From an uncultured Actinomycetes bacterium (lineage in GTDB: Bacteria > Actinomycetota > Thermoleophilia > UBA2241), in assembly GCA_963755025.1 (NCBI GenBank), contig CAVWIH010000001.1:1-46361 (forward strand): a stretch of 46,361 nt of DNA, in the 5' to 3' direction. Positions 21,228 to 30,711 of this stretch are shown in pieces. The stretch's first letter is position 1. Every line of letters begins with the position of its first letter. Below the pieces are notes generated by a model, which was not told where the DNA came from, searched no databases, and saw nothing but the letters and a program-made list of their open reading frames with translations. A program made the position numbers and the translations under genes.

Positions 21228-21245
21228 TACCCCCTACGGTATACT
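21228..21245 (+). promoter_or_regulatory. CsoR/RcnR-type operator overlapping the -10 (TATACT) of the repressor gene
   Basis: TACC-CCCTAC-GGTA inverted repeat with C-tract at 21228-21241; TATACT 21240-21245, 6 nt before ATG. Confidence 0.7.
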
Positions 21246-21251
21246 GACCTC

Positions 21252-21653
21252 ATGAGCGATCTCAGCGACACCTCCGCCACCGGCTCCGACGCCGCGGCGG
21301 CCGCCAAGGTCGACGCCGAACCCGTCAGATCCGACGCGGCATCCGCCGCGGCCGCCCAGCCCGACGCCGAGGTCGACAAGATGGTCAACCGCCTGCGCCG
21401 CATCGAGGGCCAGGTGCGTGGCCTGCAGCGCATGGTCGCCGAAGGCGTGCCGTGCGAAGACGTGCTCACCCAGCTGTCGGCCACGCGCGCGGCGCTCGAC
21501 CGCGTCGGCATCTTCCTCATCACCCACAAGGTGCGCGAGTGCCTGCAAGACGAGGACGACGCCTCGTCCGAGACCGCCGTGCAGCGCGCCCTCGAGACCT
21601 TTCAGCGCTACGCCCAGCACCTGCAGGTGCAGCCCGGCCCCGACCAGCCCTGA
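21252..21653 (+). CDS. CsoR/RcnR-family repressor
   Basis: NRLRRIEGQVRGLQRM, CEDVLTQL, HKVRECL. Confidence 0.92.
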   Translation: MSDLSDTSATGSDAAAAAKVDAEPVRSDAASAAAAQPDAEVDKMVNRLRRIEGQVRGLQRMVAEGVPCEDVLTQLSATRAALDRVGIFLITHKVRECLQDEDDASSETAVQRALETFQRYAQHLQVQPGPDQP

Positions 21654-21674
21654 GGGCCCGGGCGCAGGAGCCTC

Positions 21675-22289
21675 GTGGCTGAGCCGTTCGATCCGCGTCA
21701 CGCCGCCCGTCTCGACGACCCCGCCAGGCTCGACTACCAGCCGGTCGCCGACATCCTCGATCTGCTCGCGCTGCGCGGCGACGAGACCGTCGTCGACTAC
21801 GGCGCCGGCGTGGGCTACACCACGCTCCCGCTGGCGGCCGCGCTGCCGCGCGGCCGCGTGGTGGCGGTCGACCGCAGCAAGGAGCTGCTCGACGAACTGC
21901 GCCGCCGCGCGACGGCGAGCGCCGCCGAGCGCACACCGGCAGCCACGGCCCCCGTCGACTACGTGCACACCACCGAGAACCGCGTGCCGCTGCCCGATGA
22001 GAGCGTCGACGCGATCCTCGCGGTGAGCGTGTGGCACGAGATCTACGACGACCAGTCGGCGCTCGCCGAGCTGCGCCGCCTGCTCGCCCCCGGCGGCGCC
22101 CTGGCGATCGTCGACTGGGCGCCGGTCGAGCGGCCCGTCGGCCCGCCGCCCGCCCGCATCCTCACCCTCGAGCAGGCGCTCGCCGTGGTCGCCGCGATGG
22201 GCCTGACGGCCGACGTCGTGCGCCCGGCCGGCACGCTTTTTGCCTACTACTACGCCATCGTCGCCCGCGCCCCCGCGGCGCTCGCCTAG
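21675..22289 (+). CDS. Class I SAM-dependent methyltransferase
   Basis: VVDYGAGVG, AVD, WHE, LAPGG, DW...GPP. Confidence 0.88.
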   Translation: MAEPFDPRHAARLDDPARLDYQPVADILDLLALRGDETVVDYGAGVGYTTLPLAAALPRGRVVAVDRSKELLDELRRRATASAAERTPAATAPVDYVHTTENRVPLPDESVDAILAVSVWHEIYDDQSALAELRRLLAPGGALAIVDWAPVERPVGPPPARILTLEQALAVVAAMGLTADVVRPAGTLFAYYYAIVARAPAALA

Positions 22290-22353
22290 CGGCGCCCCAC
22301 GGGCGCCGCGCTCGCCTGATGCCTTCGGGCACGTTCGTCAGAAAGGTCGTCTG

Positions 22354-23641
22354 ATGCCCTCAGAGACTCCCTCCGCCACGCCGCAGCCCACACCGTCGCC
22401 CACGCCCTCCGCCACGCCGCAGCCCACACCGTCGCCCGCACCCAACGCCGCACCGACGGCCCGGCCGTCGTCGCCGGCGAACGCGTCCGGTCCGGGCGCC
22501 GCGCCGGCGCGACCGGCGGTCGTCGAGCCACGTCAAGGCGCAGTACGACGCCGAGCTGCCGGCCGCCCTCGAGCGCGCCTGCGCCCCCTTCGGCGGCTTC
22601 GGCGCTCTGGTCAAGCCCGGCGAGCGCATCGGCGTCAAGGTCAACCTGCTGCGCGCGGCGCCGCCCGAGAAGGTCGTGACCACCCACCCGGAGACGCTGC
22701 GCGCCGTGCTGCGCGCCATCAAGGCCGCCGGCGCCACCCCCTTTGTGGGCGACAGCCCGGGCGGCCCCGGCCGCGAGCGCCAGGTGCGCCGCGGCTACGA
22801 GGTGAGCGGCATGGCGGCGGTCTGCCGCGAAGAAGACGTCGAGCTGCTCGTGCCCGACGCCGACGTGGTCGAGCTCGCCACGCCCGACGGCCGCCTCTTT
22901 CGCAGCTTCCCCGTGGGACGCTGCTGGACCACCGCCGACGGCATCATCCAGGTCGGTCCTTTAAAGACCCACGGCCTCATGCGCCTGACCGGCGCGGTCA
23001 AGCTCACCTTCGGCTGCGTCACCGGGCTGCGCAAGGGCCAGCTCCACGTGCGCGCCAGCGAGCGCGCCGACTTTGCCGACATGCTGCTCGACCTGCACCT
23101 CGCGCTGGCGCCGCGGCTCACCGTGATCGACGCCATCGTCGCCATGCAGGGCAAGGGGCCGGGCAGCGGCACGCCGCACGCCATGGGCTCGCTGCTGGCC
23201 GCCGTCGACTCGTCGGCGCTCGACGCGGCCCTGGCCGACCTTACGGTCCACAAGCGCGGCGACATCTACACGCTGGCCGCCGCCGAGCGCCGCGGCCTGA
23301 TAGACCTGGACGACCCCTACCGCCTCGAGGGCGACCCCATCGTGCCCGACCACGGCTTCGAGCACGCGCCGCGCGACGCCCAGGAGCGGGTGCCGCCGGT
23401 GCTGCGCCACCTGGCGCGCCACGCGCTCACGAGCCGGCCGCGCCTGGTGAACCCGGCCGTCTGCACGCGCTGCGGCGACTGCGCCCAGATCTGCGGGGCG
23501 AACGCCATCACCATGGCCCCCACGCCCGTCTACGACAACGACAAGTGCGTGCGCTGCTACGCCTGCACCGAGATCTGCCCGACCACCGCCATCCAGGACG
23601 TGCGGCCGCTCACGCTGCGCCTGATGAGGGTCGGCCGCTAG
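22354..23641 (+). CDS. DUF362 protein with C-terminal 2x[4Fe-4S] ferredoxin (frameshift near 22520)
   Basis: VKVNLL..TTHP, GDSPG, KTH..TGAVK, GKGP, two CxxCxxCxxxC motifs; GAAAGG RBS; 36-bp N-terminal duplication TPSATPQPTPSP. Confidence 0.85.
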
Positions 23642-24018
23642 CCCGACTGCGCTGCGATGTATCGCACACCCTCGACGGCCTGGAAGTCGGAGTCTTGCGT
23701 CCAGAGCGTGGCCGCGACCGAGCGAGCTGTGGCGAGCATGACGCTGTCGGCCATCGGCAGCCTCAGCGTCGCGCTCACGCGGGCGGCGTCGAGGGCGATA
23801 GGTGCCGTCAGATCGACGACGGAGCCTTGTTGCATGAGCGCCACCGCCTGCAATGCGTCGCTCTCGCCGCGCTGCTGCGCCACCTGCGTGAAGACCTCGT
23901 AGACACTGATCGTCGGCACGACCAGGTCGCTCGGCGCCTCGAGTGCCGGCGCGAAGAAGTCGGCGTTGGGTCCCGCGGCGAAGTACTCGAGCCAGCCGCA
24001 GGAGTCGACGACATTCAC
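23638..24018 (-). CDS. vapC: PIN-domain VapC toxin
   Basis: VNVVDSCGWLEYF, ISVYEV, LPMADS, LWTQDSDF (four conserved acidic residues); GTG overlaps the upstream TGA. Confidence 0.9.
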   Translation of the reverse strand: MNVVDSCGWLEYFAAGPNADFFAPALEAPSDLVVPTISVYEVFTQVAQQRGESDALQAVALMQQGSVVDLTAPIALDAARVSATLRLPMADSVMLATARSVAATLWTQDSDFQAVEGVRYIAAQSG

Positions 24019-24953
24019 AGGCGGTCGGTCTCGCGCGGCACGTCGGTGGCGATGCCGCGCAAGAAGCCGCGCATCTGCTGAGCGGACTTCACGGCCCCGC
24101 GCCGCAGCCTGAAGACGACGATCTCGGGGCGGCAGAGCAGGCGGAAGGGCAGAAAGCTCGTGCCCACGCCGCGGCTCACGTAGACGAGCGCGCCGTCTTC
24201 GTCGTAGAAGCCCTCGCGAAAGCGGGCGCGCGGCTGGCTGAGCATGATGCGCCCGCCCCTGGTGCCGGGCACCGGCAGGCAGATCTGGCCGCCGTGGGTG
24301 TCGCCCGACAGCACGAGCGCGACGTCGCCGGGGCTCAGGTGCTCGGCGACCTCGCCGTAGTGGCTGAGCAGCAGGCGCAGCGTGCCGGGCCGGCGGTCGA
24401 AGGCGGCGCGCACCGCGGCGGGGTCGCCGTAGCCGTGCTTCACGTCGTCGACGCCGCAGACCTGGAGCGTGGCCGCGCCGACCGCGAGCGAGACGCACTC
24501 GTCGTTCAGCAGTTGCACGCCGCACTCGCCCAGGCGCGAGAGGTCGGCCACCGCGGCGCGCTGCAGCTTGATCTCGCCGTGGTCGTGATTGCCCAGCACG
24601 GCAAAGGCGCCGCGCGCAGCGGGCAGGCGGCACAGCTCGGCGTAGAGCTCTTCGACGCGCGAGTCGCCGGTCACGAGGTCGCCGGTGATGACGATGAGGT
24701 CGGGGGCGGCGCGGCGCGTGGCGTCGACGGCCTTGCGGATGGCGCGCAGGTTGAAGCTGGGGCGCGAGCCGGCGTGCAGGTCGGAGAGCTGCGCGATGGT
24801 GAAGCCCTCGAGGTCGGGCGGCAGGTCGGCGACGGGCAGGTCGTGGGAGACCACGCGCAGCCACTGCGATTCGTAGAGCAGATAGCAAAGGGCGAGGGCG
24901 GCGGCGGCGCAAAGCGCCGCCGCCGCCCTCGCCGCGCGCCGCGCAGGCGTCAA
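24015..24953 (-). CDS. YkuE-like metallophosphoesterase with an extra VapB-like C-terminal peptide
   Basis: SDLH, TGD, GNHD, LSH, SGDTHGGQ, VSRGVG, R..CRPEI; tail VKSAQQMRGFLRGIATDVPRETDRL. Confidence 0.88.
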   Translation of the reverse strand: MTPARRAARAAAALCAAAALALCYLLYESQWLRVVSHDLPVADLPPDLEGFTIAQLSDLHAGSRPSFNLRAIRKAVDATRRAAPDLIVITGDLVTGDSRVEELYAELCRLPAARGAFAVLGNHDHGEIKLQRAAVADLSRLGECGVQLLNDECVSLAVGAATLQVCGVDDVKHGYGDPAAVRAAFDRRPGTLRLLLSHYGEVAEHLSPGDVALVLSGDTHGGQICLPVPGTRGGRIMLSQPRARFREGFYDEDGALVYVSRGVGTSFLPFRLLCRPEIVVFRLRRGAVKSAQQMRGFLRGIATDVPRETDRL

Positions 24954-25207
24954 GGCTGGCGCGGTTCGTCCTCCATCTGCTTGCGCAGGCGGGAGCGCGT
25001 CTCTTCGATCTTGCGCTTGAGGTCGTCGGAACGACCCATGGCCTGCTCGCGACCGGCGCTGACCGCCTCGGTGAGCCGCTCGCGCTGCTCGTTCCAGTCG
25101 GTGCCGGTGAAGAGCTGGTTGCGCACCTCTTTGCCGGTCTTGGGGGCAAGCAGCACGGCGATGCCGGCGCCGAGCGCCGCACCGAACACGAATCCCGCTA
25201 GCTTCAC
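24950..25207 (-). CDS. YtxH-domain protein
   Basis: FVFGAALGAGIAVLLAPKTGKEVR; GAGGTGG RBS. Confidence 0.85.
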   Translation of the reverse strand: MKLAGFVFGAALGAGIAVLLAPKTGKEVRNQLFTGTDWNEQRERLTEAVSAGREQAMGRSDDLKRKIEETRSRLRKQMEDEPRQP

Positions 25208-25301
25208 GGCGACCACCTCGCTTGTTGACCGTTTCGGCGTCTGTGAACCGACGCCCATTCTACCTTGCGCCGCGCCAAACATGAGCGACGGCGGGGGTTC
25301 T

Positions 25302-26006
25302 CTACAGCAGGTGCGTGCCGTTGATCACCAGGGCGAACTCGCAGCCCAAAAAGGCGGCGGCCCGGCGGCACATGAGCATGCGCGACAGGAAGATCTCGAA
25401 GTACTCCATGACGTGCGACACGGTGGTGTCGATGTCGAGCGACAGGGTGATGGTGCGCGCCGCCGCGTCGACCGTGACGGCGGCGTTCTGCGACGCCAGG
25501 TTGACGCGGTCGTGAATGTCGAAGGTGTGCGGGTCGGGGTTGCGCACGCGGTCGCGGTTCACGTCGGACTTGTCGCCCAGGATGAGGGCGGCCGAGACGT
25601 CGGAGATGGCCTCGCCGTACTGCTCTTCGTGGTTGCCGATGGCCGCCATGACCTCGACGTACTCCTCGACCGGCATGCCCATCTGGCTGAGCAGGTCGCG
25701 GGCGATCAGCGCCGCGGCGATGCCGTGGTCGAGCCGGGTGATGGCGTTGCCCACGTCGTGCAGGTAGCCCGCGATGGCGGCCAGCTCGGCGTTGCGCGCG
25801 GGGCGGTCGAGGTCGAGCAGGATCTTGCGCGCCGTGGTGGCGACGATCATGGCGTGGCGCTCGGCGTGCTCGGTGTAGCCCAGCACCTCGAGGTTGTGGT
25901 CGGCTTTGCGCACGAAGACGGCGACCTCGGGGTTGCGGCGCACGTCGTCTAGGGTGATGAGAGCCCTCGCGGTTTGAGTCGCGGGCTCGGTCTTGGGTTC
26001 GGTCAT
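25302..26006 (-). CDS. HD-domain phosphohydrolase
   Basis: GYTEH..H, YLHDVGN, IGNHEE, GDKSDV, FDIHDRVN, YFEIFL.RM. Confidence 0.88.
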   Translation of the reverse strand: MTEPKTEPATQTARALITLDDVRRNPEVAVFVRKADHNLEVLGYTEHAERHAMIVATTARKILLDLDRPARNAELAAIAGYLHDVGNAITRLDHGIAAALIARDLLSQMGMPVEEYVEVMAAIGNHEEQYGEAISDVSAALILGDKSDVNRDRVRNPDPHTFDIHDRVNLASQNAAVTVDAAARTITLSLDIDTTVSHVMEYFEIFLSRMLMCRRAAAFLGCEFALVINGTHLL

Positions 26007-26045
26007 GTGCGTGTTCTTGCTCCTTAGTGGCCCCGCGGGGGGACC

Positions 26046-26318
26046 TTACGGCCGGATGGAAAACCCGGCCAGTGTCGTATCGACAGGCACGGGCTCGCAC
26101 GTGAGCTGTTCGACCTCGGCGCCCGACGGACCCTGCCGGCACCAGTCGAGCATGGCGTCGACCGCCGCGCCGTCGCCCTGCAGATGCCCTTCGACGGCGC
26201 CGTCGCCGCGGTTGCGCACCCAGCCCTGCAGGCCCAAGCGTACGCCGGTCTGGTGAGCCGAGTAGCGAAATCCTACGCCCTGCACGCGCCCGGCGGCGCG
26301 AAAGCGCACGGCCTTCAC
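26046..26318 (-). CDS. acyP: Acylphosphatase
   Basis: GRVQGVGFR, GWVRN..DG.VE, GP..A.V. Confidence 0.92.
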   Translation of the reverse strand: MKAVRFRAAGRVQGVGFRYSAHQTGVRLGLQGWVRNRGDGAVEGHLQGDGAAVDAMLDWCRQGPSGAEVEQLTCEPVPVDTTLAGFSIRP

Positions 26319-26331
26319 GGCGCCGGCGCCT

Positions 26332-27010
26332 TCATTCGCCAAAGCCGCCGGCGCCCACCAGGGGCACGAACCGGCAGGGGATGCTTTCGACCTCGTGCAG
26401 GCCGTCGGCCGAGCGCGTGATGACGGTGAGCACCTGGTCGCGTCCGGCGGGGCCGATGGGCACCACCAGGCGGCCGCCCTCGGCGAGCTGCTCGAGGAGG
26501 AGCGGCGGCGCCTGCGGCGCCGCCGCCGTCACCACGATGCGATCGAACGGCGCGTGCTCGGGCAGCCCCAGGCTGCCGTCGCCCAGCACGGCGGTCACGT
26601 TGTGGTAGCCGAGCTTGGCGAGCACCAGGCGAGCGCGCTCTTCGAGCTCGGCGCGGCGTTCGATGGTGAAGACCTCGTCGGCGAGCTCGGCCAGCACGGC
26701 CGTCTGGTAGCCCGAGCCGCTGCCCACCTCGAGCACGCGGCTGCGCACGGTGAGCTGGGCGAGCACGGTCATGAGGGCCACGATGTAGGGCTGCGAGATG
26801 GTCTGGCCCGAGCCGATCGCCAGGGCGCCGTCGTCGTAGGCCTGCGTCGACCAGGCCCTCGGGCACGAACAGGTGGCGGGGCACGGTGCGCAGGGCCGAG
26901 AGCACGTCGGCGTCGTGGATGCCGCGGGCCTCGATCTGGTCGGTGACCATGGCGTGGCGGCGCTCGGTCTGGGCGTGTTCTGCGGTGGCGTGCGGACCGC
27001 TGGCGGCCAT
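26332..27010 (-). CDS. pcm: Protein-L-isoaspartate O-methyltransferase (frameshift near 26850)
   Basis: MV..QI..RGI, VPRHLFVP then in the next frame QTISQPY, LEVGSGSGY, APFDRIVVTA, RFVPL. Confidence 0.9.
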
Positions 27011-27011
27011 G

Positions 27012-27587
27012 TCAGCGGCTCAGCACCCGCAGGCCCTTGTACTTGGCGACGTGGCGGCGGCGCAGGCGCACGTCGAACCAGGTCGTCCAGGCGAAGACCG
27101 CGTAGCCGACCGGCGGCAGCGTGGCCGACAGCACCGCGGAGCCGAACGCGGTGAGGTCTTCGACCAGGCTGAGCAGCGGCATGGTCATGGTGCTGGTGGT
27201 GGAGCGCGGCCGCCACAGGCGCTTGGCGTTGATGCCCAGCAGGGCGAGGCCGGCACCGGCGACGATGCCCACAAAGAAGCCGATCGTGCCGTGCGACATG
27301 GCGGCCGCTCCGGCGATCGCCCCGGCGGCTATGCGCCAGGGCACCGAGAGGCGCGCGTAGAGGCGGTCGAACGACGGCACCTTGTCGACGGCGATCTCGA
27401 TGATGGAGAGCAGCACGAACACGGCGATGGCCGTCGAGCTTTCGAGCCAGCCAAAGCCGGCCGCCACGTGGAACCCCCAGCCCTGGCGCGAGAGCACGCC
27501 CATGATGAGCAGCGTCATAGACGCCCGCACGCCGGCGGAGATAGACAGGCCGCAGAGGCGGCCGACGGCCCAGATCCAACTCGTCAC
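27012..27587 (-). CDS. DUF4126-like membrane protein
   Basis: GLS..AG.R, EI..DKVP..D, SLVED; GAAGGAAG RBS before GTG. Confidence 0.7.
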   Translation of the reverse strand: MTSWIWAVGRLCGLSISAGVRASMTLLIMGVLSRQGWGFHVAAGFGWLESSTAIAVFVLLSIIEIAVDKVPSFDRLYARLSVPWRIAAGAIAGAAAMSHGTIGFFVGIVAGAGLALLGINAKRLWRPRSTTSTMTMPLLSLVEDLTAFGSAVLSATLPPVGYAVFAWTTWFDVRLRRRHVAKYKGLRVLSR

Positions 27588-27891
27588 GATGCTTCCTTCA
27601 CAGCCTGGTTGTACCCGCCTTCGTGGATAGGTCGCGGGCCGGCGCGCGTGAGCGGCGCGCTCGGCCGGCGCGAGCGAGCGCCACGCGGACGCTCGCCGGC
27701 CCGGGCTCGCCGACGCGAACGATAGCAAGGAACGTGAGGTCGCGAAAGCTCGAGACTACGCGCTTTTGGGCAAACGGTATCGAAAGCGCGCCGCGCGGCG
27801 GGCAAGCGCCCCGGCCGCAGCGACGCGTCAACGGTGTGCCGCGCGACGGCGCAGGGCAGACAGACCCGTTCCAAACGAGGAGTCGAGCGAC

Positions 27892-28152
27892 ATGAGTGAT
27901 GACAACGTCGGCCGCGGCCAGCGCATGGGTGGCTGGCTCGGCGACTACGAGGAACTGGTGGGCCACGACGCCGACGACGCCAAGCGCCGCGGCGAGCCGC
28001 CCCTTCAGGTACGCAAGCTGTGGAACCCCGTCACCTACCGCTGCGCCTTCTGCGGCGAGAGCTTTGTGAGCAAGACGATGATCCGCCGCCACCTCGAGCG
28101 CCACGCCGCGCAGAACGCGGAGCGCGTCGAGGCCGAGGAGCGCGCCGCCTAG
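27892..28152 (+). CDS. Small protein with one classical C2H2 zinc finger
   Basis: YRCAFCGESFVSKTMIRRHLERH; GAGGAG RBS; GC3-rich codons. Confidence 0.8.
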   Translation: MSDDNVGRGQRMGGWLGDYEELVGHDADDAKRRGEPPLQVRKLWNPVTYRCAFCGESFVSKTMIRRHLERHAAQNAERVEAEERAA

Positions 28153-28158
28153 CGAGCT

Positions 28159-28710
28159 CTAGCGCGCGTAACTCTTGCGGCCCTCTTCGTAGAGATCGGC
28201 CCCGTGGCAGTCGTTGACGACGATCGCCGGAAAGTCGTCGAACGTGAGTCGCGCGATGGCTTCGGGGCCGAGCTCCGGGTAGGCGATCACCTCGTTGCCC
28301 ACGATGCGCCGCGCGAGCAGCGCGCCGGCCCCGCCGGTGGCGGCGAAGTAGACGGCGGGCGCGGCGGCCATGGCCTGTTTGACTTCGGGCGTGCGCAGGC
28401 CCTTGCCGATCATGCCCCGCAGGCCGTGGCCCATGAGCGTGGGCGCGTAGGCGTCCATGCGGCCGCTGGTCGTGGGACCGGCCGAGCCGATGACGGCGCC
28501 GGGCCTGGTCGGCGACGGGCCCATGTAGTAGACGACGGCGCCGTGCAGCTCGAAGGGCAGCGGCTCGCCGGCCTCGAGCAGGGCGACAAGCCGCTTGTGG
28601 GCGGCGTCGCGCGCCTGGTAGACGACACCGCTGATGGCGACCTCGTCGCCGGCGTGCAGGCTGCGCACGACGTCGTCGGTGAGGGGCGTGACGATCTTTC
28701 TGACGGCCAT
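28159..28710 (-). CDS. Class I fumarate hydratase/tartrate dehydratase beta subunit
   Basis: ARDAAHKRL, GPTTSGRMD, MIGKG, ELGPEA. Confidence 0.92.
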   Translation of the reverse strand: MAVRKIVTPLTDDVVRSLHAGDEVAISGVVYQARDAAHKRLVALLEAGEPLPFELHGAVVYYMGPSPTRPGAVIGSAGPTTSGRMDAYAPTLMGHGLRGMIGKGLRTPEVKQAMAAAPAVYFAATGGAGALLARRIVGNEVIAYPELGPEAIARLTFDDFPAIVVNDCHGADLYEEGRKSYAR

Positions 28711-28718
28711 CTCGCCTC

Positions 28719-29582
28719 CTAAAGGACGATGCGCTTGTGACGCTGCGCGTGGCATTGCACGTTCACGGCGACCGGCATGCTGGCGATGTGGCAGGGCATC
28801 TCCTCGACGAACACGGCGAGACAGGTCTGCGTGCCGCCGAGGCCCTGCGGCCCGATGCCCAGCGCGTTGACCCGCTCGAGCAACTCGGCTTCCATGCCGG
28901 CGATACGCTCGTCGGGGTGCGTCGAGCCGATCTCGCGCAGCAGGGCCTTTTTGGCGAGCACCGTGACCATGTCGATGGTGCCGCCCAGGCCCACGCCGAG
29001 CACGATCGGCGGGCAGGGGTTCGAGCCGGCTCGCGAGACGGTGTCGACCACCGCCGCGACGACGCCCGGCCAGCCCTGAGCGGGCTTGAGCATGGCGAGC
29101 GCCGACATGTTCTCGGCGCCGCCGCCCTTGGCCATCATGGTGATCTCGACCTCGTGGCCCGGCACGATGGTGGTGTGCACGATGGCCGGCGTGTTGTCTA
29201 GCGTGTTGGCGCGGGCGTGGGCAGGCTGGGCGACGATCGACTTGCGCAAGAAGCCGTCGGCGTAACCGCGGCGCACGCCTTCGTTCAGGGCTTCGTCGAA
29301 CGAACCGCCGACCAGATGCACGTCCTGGCCCAGGCTCACGAACAAGACGGCAAAGCCGGTATCCTGACAGATCGGCACGCGGTCGTCGCGGGCGATGTCG
29401 GCGTTGTCGACGAGCTGCTCGAAGATCGCCTTGCCGGCCGGCGACTCCTCGGTCTCCACGCCGCCCTCAAGCGCGCCGTAAACGTCGGCCGGCAGGTCGA
29501 AGTTGGCCGTCATGCAGAGCTCGCGCACCGCCGCCGTGACGGTAGCGACGTCGAGCTCCCTGGTGGGGTGGGCTTCAGTCAC
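28719..29582 (-). CDS. Class I fumarate hydratase/tartrate dehydratase alpha subunit
   Basis: ICQDTG, KGGGAEN, NPCPP, CHIAS, QCHA. Confidence 0.92.
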   Translation of the reverse strand: MTEAHPTRELDVATVTAAVRELCMTANFDLPADVYGALEGGVETEESPAGKAIFEQLVDNADIARDDRVPICQDTGFAVLFVSLGQDVHLVGGSFDEALNEGVRRGYADGFLRKSIVAQPAHARANTLDNTPAIVHTTIVPGHEVEITMMAKGGGAENMSALAMLKPAQGWPGVVAAVVDTVSRAGSNPCPPIVLGVGLGGTIDMVTVLAKKALLREIGSTHPDERIAGMEAELLERVNALGIGPQGLGGTQTCLAVFVEEMPCHIASMPVAVNVQCHAQRHKRIVL

Positions 29583-29792
29583 GGTCGACCTCCCGTCGCC
29601 GCTGCCTGCCGCCGCGGAAGCCACGCTTACGCGGATCGCGCCGGCCTGTGTGCCTGTCTGTTCCACTCGACCGCGGTGACGATCGCCAGGGCGACCGGCA
29701 GCACGGCCCAGGGCAGCAGGACTTTCCAAGCCTTCATGGTCGCTAACTTAGCACCACGGCGAGCGGCCGCGACACTAGCCGCCGCTGCCGCT

Positions 29793-30644
29793 TCAACGCT
29801 TGTCCCAGCTCACCATGAAGCTCGAGCCCCCGGCCGACAGCGGCGAGGCGCCGGCCTGGCGGCGCCCGTCGACGAGCATGTTCACCCTGCTCCAGGGCAG
29901 CGCACCGAGAGGGCGGCCGTTCACGCGCACGTGCGTGAACCGCACCATGCCGAAGTCGGCGAGCGGCACCTGGCCGCTGCTCGCCGACGGCGCCTCGGTC
30001 ACCACTTCGGCCGACGAGAGCGTGGCTGCGTGGTCGACCTGCCTTGTCGCGAAGCGTTGCCCGTTGGTGGCGTCGCGCAGGCTCAGCGTGAAGGCGCCGC
30101 GACCGTCGCTTGCGACCGTCGCCACGACCACGTCGCCCGGGGCGACCGCCATGGGCGCGTCGACCGCGGGACCGGGCAGCATCTCCCACCACACGCCGTA
30201 GCGCGGCCCGAACCGGGTGAGGACGCTGGTCGTACCGATCTGCTGCAGGCTGTGGCTGTCGCGACCGTCGAGCCCCACCCAGAAGCTCGCGGCGGCGCCC
30301 GGACGCGTGGTGTCGCGGGCGGCCGGCACCACCCACGTCGCCGTGATGCTGGTGAAGCGACCGTGGGCGACGAGGTACCCGGCCCAGTTCAGCGACTCCT
30401 CGGTGTCGCCGGCGCCGCCGAAGAGCGTCGCCGCGCCGCTGCGCGCCAGTCCGAGCATCATGGCCGCCGCGAGCGCGACGACGAGCACCAGACCGACGAG
30501 CACCGGCCACAGGGGCAGGCGCGCGAGCACCGGGAGCGGTGCATCGGCCCCGCCACCCGCGGCCGGGGAGGGGTCACTCGAGACGGGACCGGCGGGAACG
30601 GCGTCGGCGCCCTCGAGAGTCGGCTCGTGACCTTGGTCGGACAT
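29793..30644 (-). CDS. Membrane-anchored G1-family (eqolisin) glutamic peptidase, copy 1
   Basis: SLNWAGY, WVVP, WVGLDG, QQIGT, SAEVVTEAP; N-terminal TM helix. Confidence 0.85.
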   Translation of the reverse strand: MSDQGHEPTLEGADAVPAGPVSSDPSPAAGGGADAPLPVLARLPLWPVLVGLVLVVALAAAMMLGLARSGAATLFGGAGDTEESLNWAGYLVAHGRFTSITATWVVPAARDTTRPGAAASFWVGLDGRDSHSLQQIGTTSVLTRFGPRYGVWWEMLPGPAVDAPMAVAPGDVVVATVASDGRGAFTLSLRDATNGQRFATRQVDHAATLSSAEVVTEAPSASSGQVPLADFGMVRFTHVRVNGRPLGALPWSRVNMLVDGRRQAGASPLSAGGSSFMVSWDKR

Positions 30645-30711
30645 GTCACAGACTGTTCCCGGCGCCGCAGAGGCGGACACCGGCGGCCGCTGGAGGGCGG
30701 CGAGGCCCCCG

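Noticed and set aside
27768-27845. c-di-GMP-I riboswitch upstream of the zinc-finger gene (GGGCAAAC...GAAA)
   Set aside because: The GNRA-capped stem pairs poorly and the GACGCAAAG junction and receptor motif are missing; an Infernal search with the Rfam model would settle it
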